NCBI GenBank assembly: GCA_963752595.1
Contig: CAVVYZ010000024.1
Location: 1-64,000 of the forward strand
Source of the DNA: an uncultured delta proteobacterium
GTDB lineage: Bacteria; Desulfobacterota; Desulfomonilia; UBA1062
Length of the DNA stretch: 64,000 nt
Direction: 5' to 3'
Below, one piece after another: positions 7,943-17,376 of the stretch (positions are counted from its first letter, which is position 1; each line of letters opens with the position of its first letter). Position numbers and translations under genes: made by a program. Under the pieces are notes generated by a model that did not search any database, was not told the DNA's origin, and was given only the letters and a program-made list of their open reading frames with translations.

Positions 7943-10900
7943 TCACCCGGGAATCAACGGATCCTTTCTCCACCTGGGCAGGGTCGTCTTTTTCCACAGG
8001 CCCTGGGATCTGAAGCACTCCCAGCCCCATTTCATCCACTTGAGTAAAGAGACCGCAATCCAGAGCGCCCATATGAGCATGAGAATGCGGTACACCATGA
8101 GAGGACATGTCAGCACCCATGGCCGGGGCAATTCCCGGGACATCCTGTCCTGAGTCCAGTTCAGCATGAAATTGCTCGATCCGTTTCCCGCAACCTGCAT
8201 ATCCGGGATTCCCAGGAGCCCTCTCTGGATCGCCATGTAGAGCCCTACCAGAGCAGCCACGGTCCAGATAGCGAGGGAGATCTGAACGAAATTGAAGGCG
8301 TAGCCTGATTCCGGCATCTTCTGCCGCTCCCTCAAGCCCAGACCCAGGAGCCAGCCTACGATAACAACCGCAAGGGCGGGATGCACCTGGGTCAGTCCAA
8401 GGCCGAGAAGGAACCAGTGATGTCTTTTCAGGGGTGTCCAGTTCACCTGCCCCAGACCCAGTGATATGATGATGACGACAAAGAGATAACTCCAGAAAAG
8501 CACTGCGGGACCGAAGCGCGGGCCTCCTGCATAAAGCACCCACCGGTTGTGGGGCAGCTTGAGCGTGATATGGGTGTTCACGGCTTCTTTGCCGACAATA
8601 ACCCTCGGTGTGACCGTAATCATCGATGCTTCCTGTCTTTCATGCCATTGGATATGGATATCCTGCACGCCGGGCCTGATGGGGAACGTTATCTCCCCGT
8701 TCCGGGCACGGATGGGCTGCTCGATTCCCATGATCGCGACTTGCTCCAGACCGGCATCTTTTGGGATGACGATCTTCTGCTGGGTGCCCTGGCTGCTCTG
8801 TATCTTGAGATCAAGCTGGGAAGAACTGAGGCGCCTGCCTGAGGTATGGGTAAGCCGCACCTCCGAAATGGTAAGGACCCTTCCGCGCACTGCCTGCGGC
8901 CTCGAGACGGTGATCTGAACGCGCTCTCCGGGCCAGGGCATCCAGTGGGGATTCCAGGTGCCGGCAGGGTTCTTGTAATGGATTACCGGTATGCCCGAGA
9001 GCTCGCAGTGCCATATGGTGCCGGCATCGAGTACCCACTCCTCTGTCCAGGGGACGTTTTCAGGTGCCTGCATGATGATCTGTCTGGTTTCGGGAAGAGA
9101 TGAAACCCAGCCTATCTCCTGGTCTTCCGCCCTCATCTGGATATGCACCACACCGGTGTCCACGCTGATACCCGGCGTCGTGACCGACTCACCGGGCAGG
9201 AGCGGAATGCTGATCCCTACCGGTGTGCCCGGAGGAGAGAGCCGTGTCAAGGTGTTCATTACCTGCCATTTGAGTCCGAGGACAAGCTTCCGTTCCAGGC
9301 TTAAGTACGGCGGCAGTTGCACAACGGATGAGGCAGGCTGATCCTTGGCCCCTGTATCGATATGCACGAGCTTTATGCTGTCCTGAGCCCTGCCCTGCCG
9401 ATCGATGCCGCGAATCTCCCATCCGGCGTTCTTCAAGGTTACACGGTGGGGCTTTAAGGGTATGGAAACGTCAAACTCGTCAACAGACGGGGCCTTGGCA
9501 CTGATAACGATCTCATGGACACCTTCGGGGACCAGCATCCATACGGTCCCTGCCTCGTCCTTAAGGACGGCATCGCCGGGTTTTGCATCCATGGTAATCT
9601 CTGCAGGCCTGAGGAGGTCTGAAGAAGGCAAAGGCACGGCTGTCCTGATGGCTGCATGGACGAGCATCCGGATCGCGATTTCGGTGTTTTCCACCGTAAG
9701 GTTCATCTGTTCGACTTGGGCACAGGCGGGGTAACAGTCGGGCTTTTTGAGAACCCTTTGCTGCAGCTCCTTGAGAAGCTCCTGCGAAGGAAACGAAAGC
9801 TCCGCCCGGCATTCCCCGGCGCCTGCCCCGGTAAGAATCAGAATCAGGGCAAATGCTCCGGCCAGCGGGGCACCCTTCATATATCTCCGGTGATCCTGCC
9901 GCGGGATGAGTTTAAAAACCAGAAGGACAAGCAGGAGGACGCGCACGAATGCCAGGACAAGATTTGCGTAAGGCGGGAGCAGCCAGAGCGATACAGTCTG
10001 TGCACGGTCCACGGGGCCGTTCCACTTCATGGGATATGACTTCCACGCCCAGTCGGGAAGACCCGGACCTGTCTGGATAAGGGCATTGAGATCCTGCTGA
10101 CGAAGTTCATCCGGCTGAGCCTCCCCTTCCTCGACTTTCCCCTTATCAAAGGACTCCTGGCTTTCCATCCTGGAGATGGACTTTGCTACCGCCGTCTCCT
10201 TTGACATGGTGTCTTTTCTCAGACCGGACCCACCCTGATAATTCATGGATTCATACTGAGATACCTGTTCCAATTGAGGATAAAAACCCATTCGAACCTG
10301 CCCGACCATGAATGGAACAGCCAAAACCACCAGGCCTGCAAATGCACCCAACCCCCAGATGCCGACGGCCTTCCTGAACATGCCTTCGGGAACGAACCTG
10401 AGCAGGGCAATGGAGGCGAGCAGATGAAGCCACACAAGCCTGGGGGCTCCCCTCTCCTGGAAGATGAGAACCAGGGTGATCAGGGCGATCAGGCCCCACT
10501 TGAAGTCCCACAGCCTGCCTATGGCAAGGGCTATGATAAGGACCAGGAAGAGATCAAGGAGTGTCCATTGGCTCAGCCAGGTGCCGGGTACGGAGTCCAC
10601 TCCCGTAGCACCCAGAAGCTTCCAGCCCGGAGGGAGGTTGAGGAGGCCGTCCAGTGATTGAACGTCCTGATCCCACCCTACTGCCGGCATCAGATGGCCC
10701 GAGTTTCTGTATCTCGACTCTGCAACGAGATTGAGAAACCCTTTCCGCAGTTCGAGGCCTGCTTTATCCTTCGGGCCCTGGCTCGTAATGAGCCGGTCTA
10801 TCCCATCCACCGACACGTGACCGAGATTACCCGGGGGGTTCATGGCCAGGTACCACCCGCGGCTCATGGTCCCGGTCATGGTATCCTGCACGGTATACCC

Positions 10901-11974
10901 CTTGCCGTCGAAATCGAGCCACCATACGCGCTTGAGACTGAGCTGGTCGGGTGCCGGGTCAGGGTCCCCCCTCCTGAGCATCTTGAACCGCATGGTAGCA
11001 TTCTTATTCACCACGTAAGCAGGATAGGTCTTCCACTCATCCGGGAGATCGGTCTGGCCGGGATCGATGGGGGGCACCCCTTCGACCCTGACCATCCTTA
11101 AGTCATTTTTTGCTTCAAAGGCCCAGACCTCCGAATCACCTATCGTATCCACCGGCCCAAGCGAATATACCGGCTCCAGCGAACGGCCCGTGATCCTGAT
11201 ATCCCATCTTCCGGGCATGGCCTGGACAAGGAGCCCCCCATCGGGGCCCAGTCTGGCCGGGATCCGGCTTGAAATCTCCGTGGGAACAAGGCTCGGAAAC
11301 AGGACTTTGGGTATTGCTATTTCACGCGGCTTCCCGGAAACGACAAGCTCGAGGCGGGTAACCAGGAGCAGAGGTATCGAATCGATTGCCAGCCTGAAGG
11401 CATGCACCTCCACCCTGTCTTCCTGATTCAGCTGAGCCCTTTGTTTCTGAAGCCATATGTACTTTCCGTGGTCGATTACCGGGAAATCGATCTTCTCCCC
11501 CCCAAGGGTCAGTTTTACTATCCCGCTTCCCGCAGGTATGCTCAAGACCTCGGGCAGCTCGGACCAGGCAAAAGCCCCTTCCATGGTATGGACGCCCGGC
11601 TCCACCTCGACCGAAGGAACGTCTCCCTTTTTCAGGACAATGGCTCTTTTACCGTCGATCGTCAGGTTTTCAGGCCAGATTTCCAAGGTGCCCGGCAGAT
11701 CCACCCATGATTTCTTGAAAACCGTCCACTGCTGGATAAAGAGCCCGCCCCTGTCGTTCAGGTCAAGGGTAAGCCTCGATGGCCAGGCGCAGAAATTGGC
11801 ATCGCCGTTGTCATACCGTGAAGGGCAGAAACGGTCTTCTTTTCCCTGGAGCACCCAGGGAATCCACTGCTTCAGCTCCGAAGGAATATCCCCGTTATCG
11901 GCGGACGGAAGAAAAGGCTGGGCTAAAATCCGGCAAGGCAAGAAAAGCAGCACCCAAAAAAAGAACATCCTCAT
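7943..11974 (-). CDS. Large (~1343 aa) uncharacterised membrane protein with signal peptide and two homologous halves
   Basis: Long ORF; GGAGG RBS before ATG 11974; hydrophobic N-terminus; two soluble regions each followed by a TM bundle. Confidence 0.85.
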   Translation of the reverse strand: MRMFFFWVLLFLPCRILAQPFLPSADNGDIPSELKQWIPWVLQGKEDRFCPSRYDNGDANFCAWPSRLTLDLNDRGGLFIQQWTVFKKSWVDLPGTLEIWPENLTIDGKRAIVLKKGDVPSVEVEPGVHTMEGAFAWSELPEVLSIPAGSGIVKLTLGGEKIDFPVIDHGKYIWLQKQRAQLNQEDRVEVHAFRLAIDSIPLLLVTRLELVVSGKPREIAIPKVLFPSLVPTEISSRIPARLGPDGGLLVQAMPGRWDIRITGRSLEPVYSLGPVDTIGDSEVWAFEAKNDLRMVRVEGVPPIDPGQTDLPDEWKTYPAYVVNKNATMRFKMLRRGDPDPAPDQLSLKRVWWLDFDGKGYTVQDTMTGTMSRGWYLAMNPPGNLGHVSVDGIDRLITSQGPKDKAGLELRKGFLNLVAESRYRNSGHLMPAVGWDQDVQSLDGLLNLPPGWKLLGATGVDSVPGTWLSQWTLLDLFLVLIIALAIGRLWDFKWGLIALITLVLIFQERGAPRLVWLHLLASIALLRFVPEGMFRKAVGIWGLGAFAGLVVLAVPFMVGQVRMGFYPQLEQVSQYESMNYQGGSGLRKDTMSKETAVAKSISRMESQESFDKGKVEEGEAQPDELRQQDLNALIQTGPGLPDWAWKSYPMKWNGPVDRAQTVSLWLLPPYANLVLAFVRVLLLVLLVFKLIPRQDHRRYMKGAPLAGAFALILILTGAGAGECRAELSFPSQELLKELQQRVLKKPDCYPACAQVEQMNLTVENTEIAIRMLVHAAIRTAVPLPSSDLLRPAEITMDAKPGDAVLKDEAGTVWMLVPEGVHEIVISAKAPSVDEFDVSIPLKPHRVTLKNAGWEIRGIDRQGRAQDSIKLVHIDTGAKDQPASSVVQLPPYLSLERKLVLGLKWQVMNTLTRLSPPGTPVGISIPLLPGESVTTPGISVDTGVVHIQMRAEDQEIGWVSSLPETRQIIMQAPENVPWTEEWVLDAGTIWHCELSGIPVIHYKNPAGTWNPHWMPWPGERVQITVSRPQAVRGRVLTISEVRLTHTSGRRLSSSQLDLKIQSSQGTQQKIVIPKDAGLEQVAIMGIEQPIRARNGEITFPIRPGVQDIHIQWHERQEASMITVTPRVIVGKEAVNTHITLKLPHNRWVLYAGGPRFGPAVLFWSYLFVVIIISLGLGQVNWTPLKRHHWFLLGLGLTQVHPALAVVIVGWLLGLGLRERQKMPESGYAFNFVQISLAIWTVAALVGLYMAIQRGLLGIPDMQVAGNGSSNFMLNWTQDRMSRELPRPWVLTCPLMVYRILMLIWALWIAVSLLKWMKWGWECFRSQGLWKKTTLPRWRKDPLIPG

Positions 11975-12166
11975 ATACACCCCTCCCCTGTAAAAGTCTG
12001 GACCCACCATGCACATTCAAGAACATTATCAGACAACCTGGAAGGGCATTATATGAATTATCAATCTTTTTGCAAATATAATAAAGGATTACCTGCTGAT
12101 TGATGCATCGGCAGGGAGCTTGTCGGATATGATGCAGGAGGTAAAACTGTTATTCCATGCTGCCGG

Positions 12167-13927
12167 TTAAATCCACTTTTTCTTTTCCAGCAGCTTCATG
12201 AAATTGCGTTTTCTGTTATGCTCGGAGTTCAGCGCCTGGAGGTATGCCTCGAACTCGTGTTCCCTTCCCAGCCGGACCATGATGTCCCTGATCTTGCCCA
12301 AGAGCTTCATCGCCTCCTGGTAGGCATCGTTCGTCTTCCTGTTGATGACCGGCTCGATCTTCTGCTGGTAAACGGACAGGGAGTCTTCAGGATTGGTCTT
12401 TTCCCGCCGCAGGGCAAGCTGCATCCAGAGTGCCTCCGAGCATCCTCCTGCCTTTGCTTCGGACCAGGCGGAATCAACGTCGTCTTCCTCCAGGAGAACC
12501 TGTACCAGGAGTGAATGATCCAGGCGGTTATACAGCCGCATGGGCCCCTTGCTCCTGTTCATGGATGCCTGTTTCTGGGCAAGGAAACCCCGGATCACGG
12601 CGACAGCCTTTTCCCGCCATTGCATCCACTGCCTCGTCCTCTTCGCATGGCTCCTCAGGCAATGGTAGCGATCGATTCCCGGATTGCGGGTAAAAGATGC
12701 CCATAGGAGCTCCAACGCCTTATCATGCAAGCCTTTCTTGTGGTAGGCACCGGCAAGGAAATCCACGAGCCTCGTGTCGGGCTCGTTTTCGAATGCCCGC
12801 ACACCGCGTTCTGCCCACGTAATCGAATCATCTTCACGTCCGGCTTCCAGATAGAGCTGAGCGATTTCAAGGAAGCAGGCAGGGCGGGTAAGGTCGCGTT
12901 TCTTGATATCGGCGAGGATATCGACGTCCCCCTCGCGCCTGGCCAATGTTTCCATGATGTGGCGAAGCCGGTACCGGTAGGAGTCGAATTGCGCTTTTTC
13001 GCCGGGCCCCAGGGGCTTGACCGCCGTCCACGCCTTCTCGGCAAGCCTGCGATATTCGGCCAGGCCTTCTTTGCCCAGCACGTCCGCGTACGTCTCTGCG
13101 GCGCCGGAAAATATATCGCAATCGGAGCGGAGTTCCCAGTCGAAAAGCCTCCGTGCCAGGTGTTTCCGGTCCGGCCGGGCTTTCTTGCAGGCGCGGTGAT
13201 GGATTTCTATGAGATCGGAGATGGTATCCTGCATGGAGACACCTGAATCGTCCATACAGTGTACCGCCTGTTCGATATCGGATAATGCATGCTCCGTCAG
13301 TTCCATCACCTCAGGCGTGTATCCCTTATTGAAGAGCATTTCGAGTATTTCTATGGCGTTCTCGACCCTGTTGAAATAATCATAGGTATCGTGATAGTCT
13401 ACGAAATCCTCGATGAGGATCGCATTATCCAGCCCTTTAATCAGACGCTCCATATCTATACTGCCGTCACCCCGCAGGGATGAATGCATCTCGAGCCAGT
13501 TCCAGAAGTCGTCATCGTCATCCGCATGTTCCAGGATGAAATCGACGAGGACGGCCTTTTTCTGCCTGGCAAGCCATTCGGGGACACTTAGGCTTTCAGT
13601 CTTTTTTCTCCCCGACTGCTTCCCGCTGTTTCCCTCCTGCTTGGCCAGCCATTGGAGACCGGCTGCGACCAGATGCTTGCAGAATTTTCCCTCAGCCCCT
13701 ACCGGACAGGAGCACGAGAATTCGAGCTCCGTGCTTACCTTGTCAATCTTTATCTGGACTCGATATTTTTCAGCGCCCTGGACAGATGCCGTGATGCTGC
13801 CGTTCTTCTCGGTCAGCGTACGCACTCGTGCTTCCTGGAAATACTCGGACCCCCGTCTATAGTTTTGGGCGCCTGCCAGCCTCCTCAAGGTAAACTCGGA
13901 GATATATGAATGCAAATCAAGCTTCAT
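12167..13927 (-). CDS. SWIM zinc-finger protein with helical/TPR-like C-terminal region
   Basis: RGSEYF...ASVQG..YRV...CSCPVGAEGKFCKH (CxC-Xn-CxH SWIM motif); ends RKRNFMKLL. Confidence 0.85.
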   Translation of the reverse strand: MKLDLHSYISEFTLRRLAGAQNYRRGSEYFQEARVRTLTEKNGSITASVQGAEKYRVQIKIDKVSTELEFSCSCPVGAEGKFCKHLVAAGLQWLAKQEGNSGKQSGRKKTESLSVPEWLARQKKAVLVDFILEHADDDDDFWNWLEMHSSLRGDGSIDMERLIKGLDNAILIEDFVDYHDTYDYFNRVENAIEILEMLFNKGYTPEVMELTEHALSDIEQAVHCMDDSGVSMQDTISDLIEIHHRACKKARPDRKHLARRLFDWELRSDCDIFSGAAETYADVLGKEGLAEYRRLAEKAWTAVKPLGPGEKAQFDSYRYRLRHIMETLARREGDVDILADIKKRDLTRPACFLEIAQLYLEAGREDDSITWAERGVRAFENEPDTRLVDFLAGAYHKKGLHDKALELLWASFTRNPGIDRYHCLRSHAKRTRQWMQWREKAVAVIRGFLAQKQASMNRSKGPMRLYNRLDHSLLVQVLLEEDDVDSAWSEAKAGGCSEALWMQLALRREKTNPEDSLSVYQQKIEPVINRKTNDAYQEAMKLLGKIRDIMVRLGREHEFEAYLQALNSEHNRKRNFMKLLEKKKWI

Positions 13928-14007
13928 GCCAGCACACCTTTACCTTATTCTGGCTTTTTGTAAAGCGGATCTTCGCATGGTGGCAGTCCGGAAAATCACA
14001 ATTGCTT

Positions 14008-15418
14008 GAGCCAATTGCAAAACTCTCTGCCGTATAATTATTGAAGCATAATACAGTTGTCTACATCTAAGATAAAGATCATAACGCGCCATTTACACGG
14101 TGATTCTATGCTCAACATCACCCTTATGTCGATTTCCGAGCGCAGCTATCCAGCTCCTACTCCAATAGGCGGTGCGAATATATCTGATTTTATCGCATGT
14201 ATCCTTCAACAAAGCATCTGGAAGAGTTGGTTCGCAGTAATGACAATGAGCCCGAACATAAGATGCGCCATGACCTTGGACGCTCCTTTAACCCTTATAT
14301 GACTCCCTCCATGGTTATCTTTCAGATACGAATTCACCCGCTCAACGCTGCTCCTCTGCGCAAACCGTGCCTTCCTGGCAGGATCAAGAGGTATCTTCTC
14401 TCCACGCCTTGGATTGGGATCAATGATCGGAACATGAGAGAGTCCCTCACTGAACCCTTGATCTGCGGCGCATCATAGGCGGCGTCCATGAGATCATACA
14501 GGCTCGTCACCCGCTTCGACGTCATCTGGGCAAGCGGTATGGCCGCCTGGGAATCATGCAATGATGCAGAGGTCAACAATGCACTCACCGGTATGTCCCC
14601 ATCGATACAGTCAATATGCAGCTTGTAGCCCCGCCACGTCATCTTGTATCCCTTGCTGTCCTTCTTGGTCCCCACGTCACAATGATACGGCAGATCCGAC
14701 AGATTCTCCTCAAGGCTACGGCCAACCTGAAGATCCAGCCTTTTCGGAGGCTTGGGAACAGCTTCTTCTCCTCGCTTCGGGCGGCCACGCTTCCTTTTCG
14801 GCAACAGAGTGGTTTCCTCAGCCTCTTTCTTCACCGCCTTCTCCCTCGCCTCAATGGCCGTCGCATCCCTGCTCACATGCCCGGCAATTTTCTCACCACA
14901 GTGCGCCTTCACCATGGCCTCGTGAACCTTCTGGGGCAGGCACCCCCGAGCATATTCAGCAAACGCCCGTGAAAAGGTCGATCCCGATGGTATATCCCCT
15001 CTCGTCTCCCATCCGCATAATCGCCTCAGGTTCTTGCTGCCCATCAGGTATTCTATGAGCACTTTCGTCGTCTCGAAATTGTATACCGCCTTGGCTACAA
15101 ACGCTTTCGCGATCGCTGTCCTGTCTTCGCGTCTCCTGCCTAACCCTATCCACCGGTATTCACCCATATGCCTGGGCAAGTCCATCAGGGAAACAACCTT
15201 CACAAACTGCTGCTCCTTCTCACTCAATGGATCAAGTCGCTCTTCCAACCATGGAAAAAGTCTCGCTTGTGTGGTATGCCAAATATCGAAGAGATTGCTC
15301 ATCGTTACTCCTTTCTTTTTGCTCGACACAAAAAGAATAGAGCTTTCTCTTCATTATTTCAATCAGTTATCTTGCTTATTGAAATATTATCGCAATCTGT
15401 GTGTTTTGCAATTGGCTC
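14008..15418 (-). mobile_element. Insertion sequence (IS5/IS1182-like DDE), 1411 bp
   Basis: Perfect 16-bp terminal inverted repeats GAGCCAATTGCAAAAC (14008-14023 and 15403-15418); 4-bp target duplication GCTT on both sides. Confidence 0.9.
14206..15302 (-). pseudogene. DDE transposase with a frameshift near 14452-14456
   Basis: SRDATAI, GYKLH, LMDAAYD motifs. After PQIKG the homology continues in the -1 frame (FSEGLSHVPIIDPNPRRG...RSSVERVNSYLKD...KVMAHLMFG) to TGA at 14206. Confidence 0.8.
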
Positions 15419-15427
15419 GCTTGTTAT

Positions 15428-17110
15428 TCATAAAAAATATTTGTCCTGCAGGGTAACAGTCATGTTCCGTCCCTTTGCCTTTGCGTTATAAAGCGCCTCA
15501 TCTGCAAGCTTTATCAGCATCTCTATGGATATGTCCTTGCAGGGAACCATGCAGGCCACCCCTGCACTGAGCGTGACTCGCCCATCCAGCAGGGACTTTG
15601 CATGGGGGATCGCAAGCCCGTAAATCTCTGTGCGTATCGTCTCGGCGAGATGTATGGCCCCATTGATATCCGTTGCAGGCAGGATGAGGGCAAATTCTTC
15701 TCCGCCGTATCTGGCTGCAAAATCCGAAGCCCTCTTGATATTGCGGCTGATCACCCCTGCTATGGCACGCAGGCAGTCGTCGCCTTCCTGATGCCCATAG
15801 GTATCGTTATAACGCTTGAAAAAATCCACATCGAATATGATGAGCGAAAGCGGGATGCTGTCGCGCACTCCTCTCTTCCACTCAATATCCATGTATTCAT
15901 CGAATCTGCGCCGGTTAGAAAGCTGGGTCAGGCCGTCCACCGTAGCGAGTCTCTGCAGCTCTTTATTCGCCTCCTGCAGCTTGGTTTCTATCTCCTGCCT
16001 CTTGGATATATCCTCTATGAGCTGCTCATTGATCCTCTCCATCACTGTGTTCATGTCTTCGATCTTTTCCAGCATACGGTCGAATTCCCGGGCAAGGGTC
16101 CCGATCTCATCATGCCGTTTTACGGAGAGCCGGACAGAGAAATTCCCGGTACGGCCGATGGAAAGCACATGCTTGGTGAGGTTGGTAACAGGATGCAGGA
16201 TTGTCCGCTGCATGAGAAAAAGAATGACGGCTACAACCAGAAGGCCTATCACGGCAAGAGTGAGGAGCGTATACCGCATGGCCTCCCGGCCGTGCCTGAT
16301 GATATCCCTGGTCATCGTGCTCTTGATGAGAAAAGCGGTTTTGCCCCTGATATCAGGATATGCTGCGAGAATAGTGAGATGATCTTCATCTGTATAGTCG
16401 ATGGCATAGGGGAGTTCTCCGTCGAGAGAAAAGGGAGCATCTTTCAGGATAGCCCTTGCCTCGGCTGTGTCTTCACTAATGGCGAATCCTACACGTGTCT
16501 GCTCGCTGAGCCTTGATACGAAATCTCTGGTAAGGAACTCTCCCAGGATCAAGGAACCGCGCACAGGCCCGATGTTTCCGCTCAATAATATCGGCCTGGA
16601 TGCAACGAGCATGGGACCCTTTTCTGTACCGATCACCCCCGAGAGAGACATCTCTGCCAGGCTCGTTCTCTGCATGTTCAACTGGAGCAGGGAATGTTCC
16701 GCGGGAAGCGCATCCTGAGGGAAATCTCTCAAATCAATGGTTTTTTTCGTCTTGAGGTCATAGACCTTACCCCACACTACCTTCCCCTGGAGATCACATA
16801 TATACAAGAGGTTGATTCCAAGGTCTTCGAATGTGCTGTTGGAAAGGTTGCTCTCGATATATTCATCCGAACGGTCCGCCACGAAATGATATGTGTCGTC
16901 CCACGATGCCCAATCATGCGATATGGAATCGAGGTGTTCTATTTCCCTTCTGATTGAATGGACCGATCGCTGGAGATTATCTTTTGCCTGGATGCCCTCG
17001 AGTGTCTTGAACCTCGGGAATACAATGAGACTCTGGATATTGTAGTCGATAATCCCATACAGGCCGAATAAGAAAATCAGGATCAGGATTACCTTGGATT
17101 TCAGACTCAT
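15428..17110 (-). CDS. Membrane diguanylate cyclase (CHASE4-HAMP-GGDEF)
   Basis: DWASWDDTY (CHASE4); two TM segments; HAMP DEIGTLAREFD; DGLTQLSNRR; I-site RASD; active site RYGGEEF. Confidence 0.93.
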   Translation of the reverse strand: MSLKSKVILILIFLFGLYGIIDYNIQSLIVFPRFKTLEGIQAKDNLQRSVHSIRREIEHLDSISHDWASWDDTYHFVADRSDEYIESNLSNSTFEDLGINLLYICDLQGKVVWGKVYDLKTKKTIDLRDFPQDALPAEHSLLQLNMQRTSLAEMSLSGVIGTEKGPMLVASRPILLSGNIGPVRGSLILGEFLTRDFVSRLSEQTRVGFAISEDTAEARAILKDAPFSLDGELPYAIDYTDEDHLTILAAYPDIRGKTAFLIKSTMTRDIIRHGREAMRYTLLTLAVIGLLVVAVILFLMQRTILHPVTNLTKHVLSIGRTGNFSVRLSVKRHDEIGTLAREFDRMLEKIEDMNTVMERINEQLIEDISKRQEIETKLQEANKELQRLATVDGLTQLSNRRRFDEYMDIEWKRGVRDSIPLSLIIFDVDFFKRYNDTYGHQEGDDCLRAIAGVISRNIKRASDFAARYGGEEFALILPATDINGAIHLAETIRTEIYGLAIPHAKSLLDGRVTLSAGVACMVPCKDISIEMLIKLADEALYNAKAKGRNMTVTLQDKYFL

Positions 17111-17376
17111 CCCTTACAGACACCTCCCACTTGTACAGGTATCCGCTTTGGAAAGATCTCCACGCCGTACGGGAGCGGATACACGATCTCCCTGAATTCA
17201 TCGGCGCGGATTCTTGTCATCATCTTTATTTTCTCCGAGATTCTCTACCCAATGTTATCGGCAATCCAAGCGGGCATACTTAAGCAGGGATCTGATCTTC
17301 ACATGATGAGAGAAAAATCGAGATAGTGACTCTATGGGCACGGATGGAGTGATGGGTTTGCGGAACCGGGGAGGGA

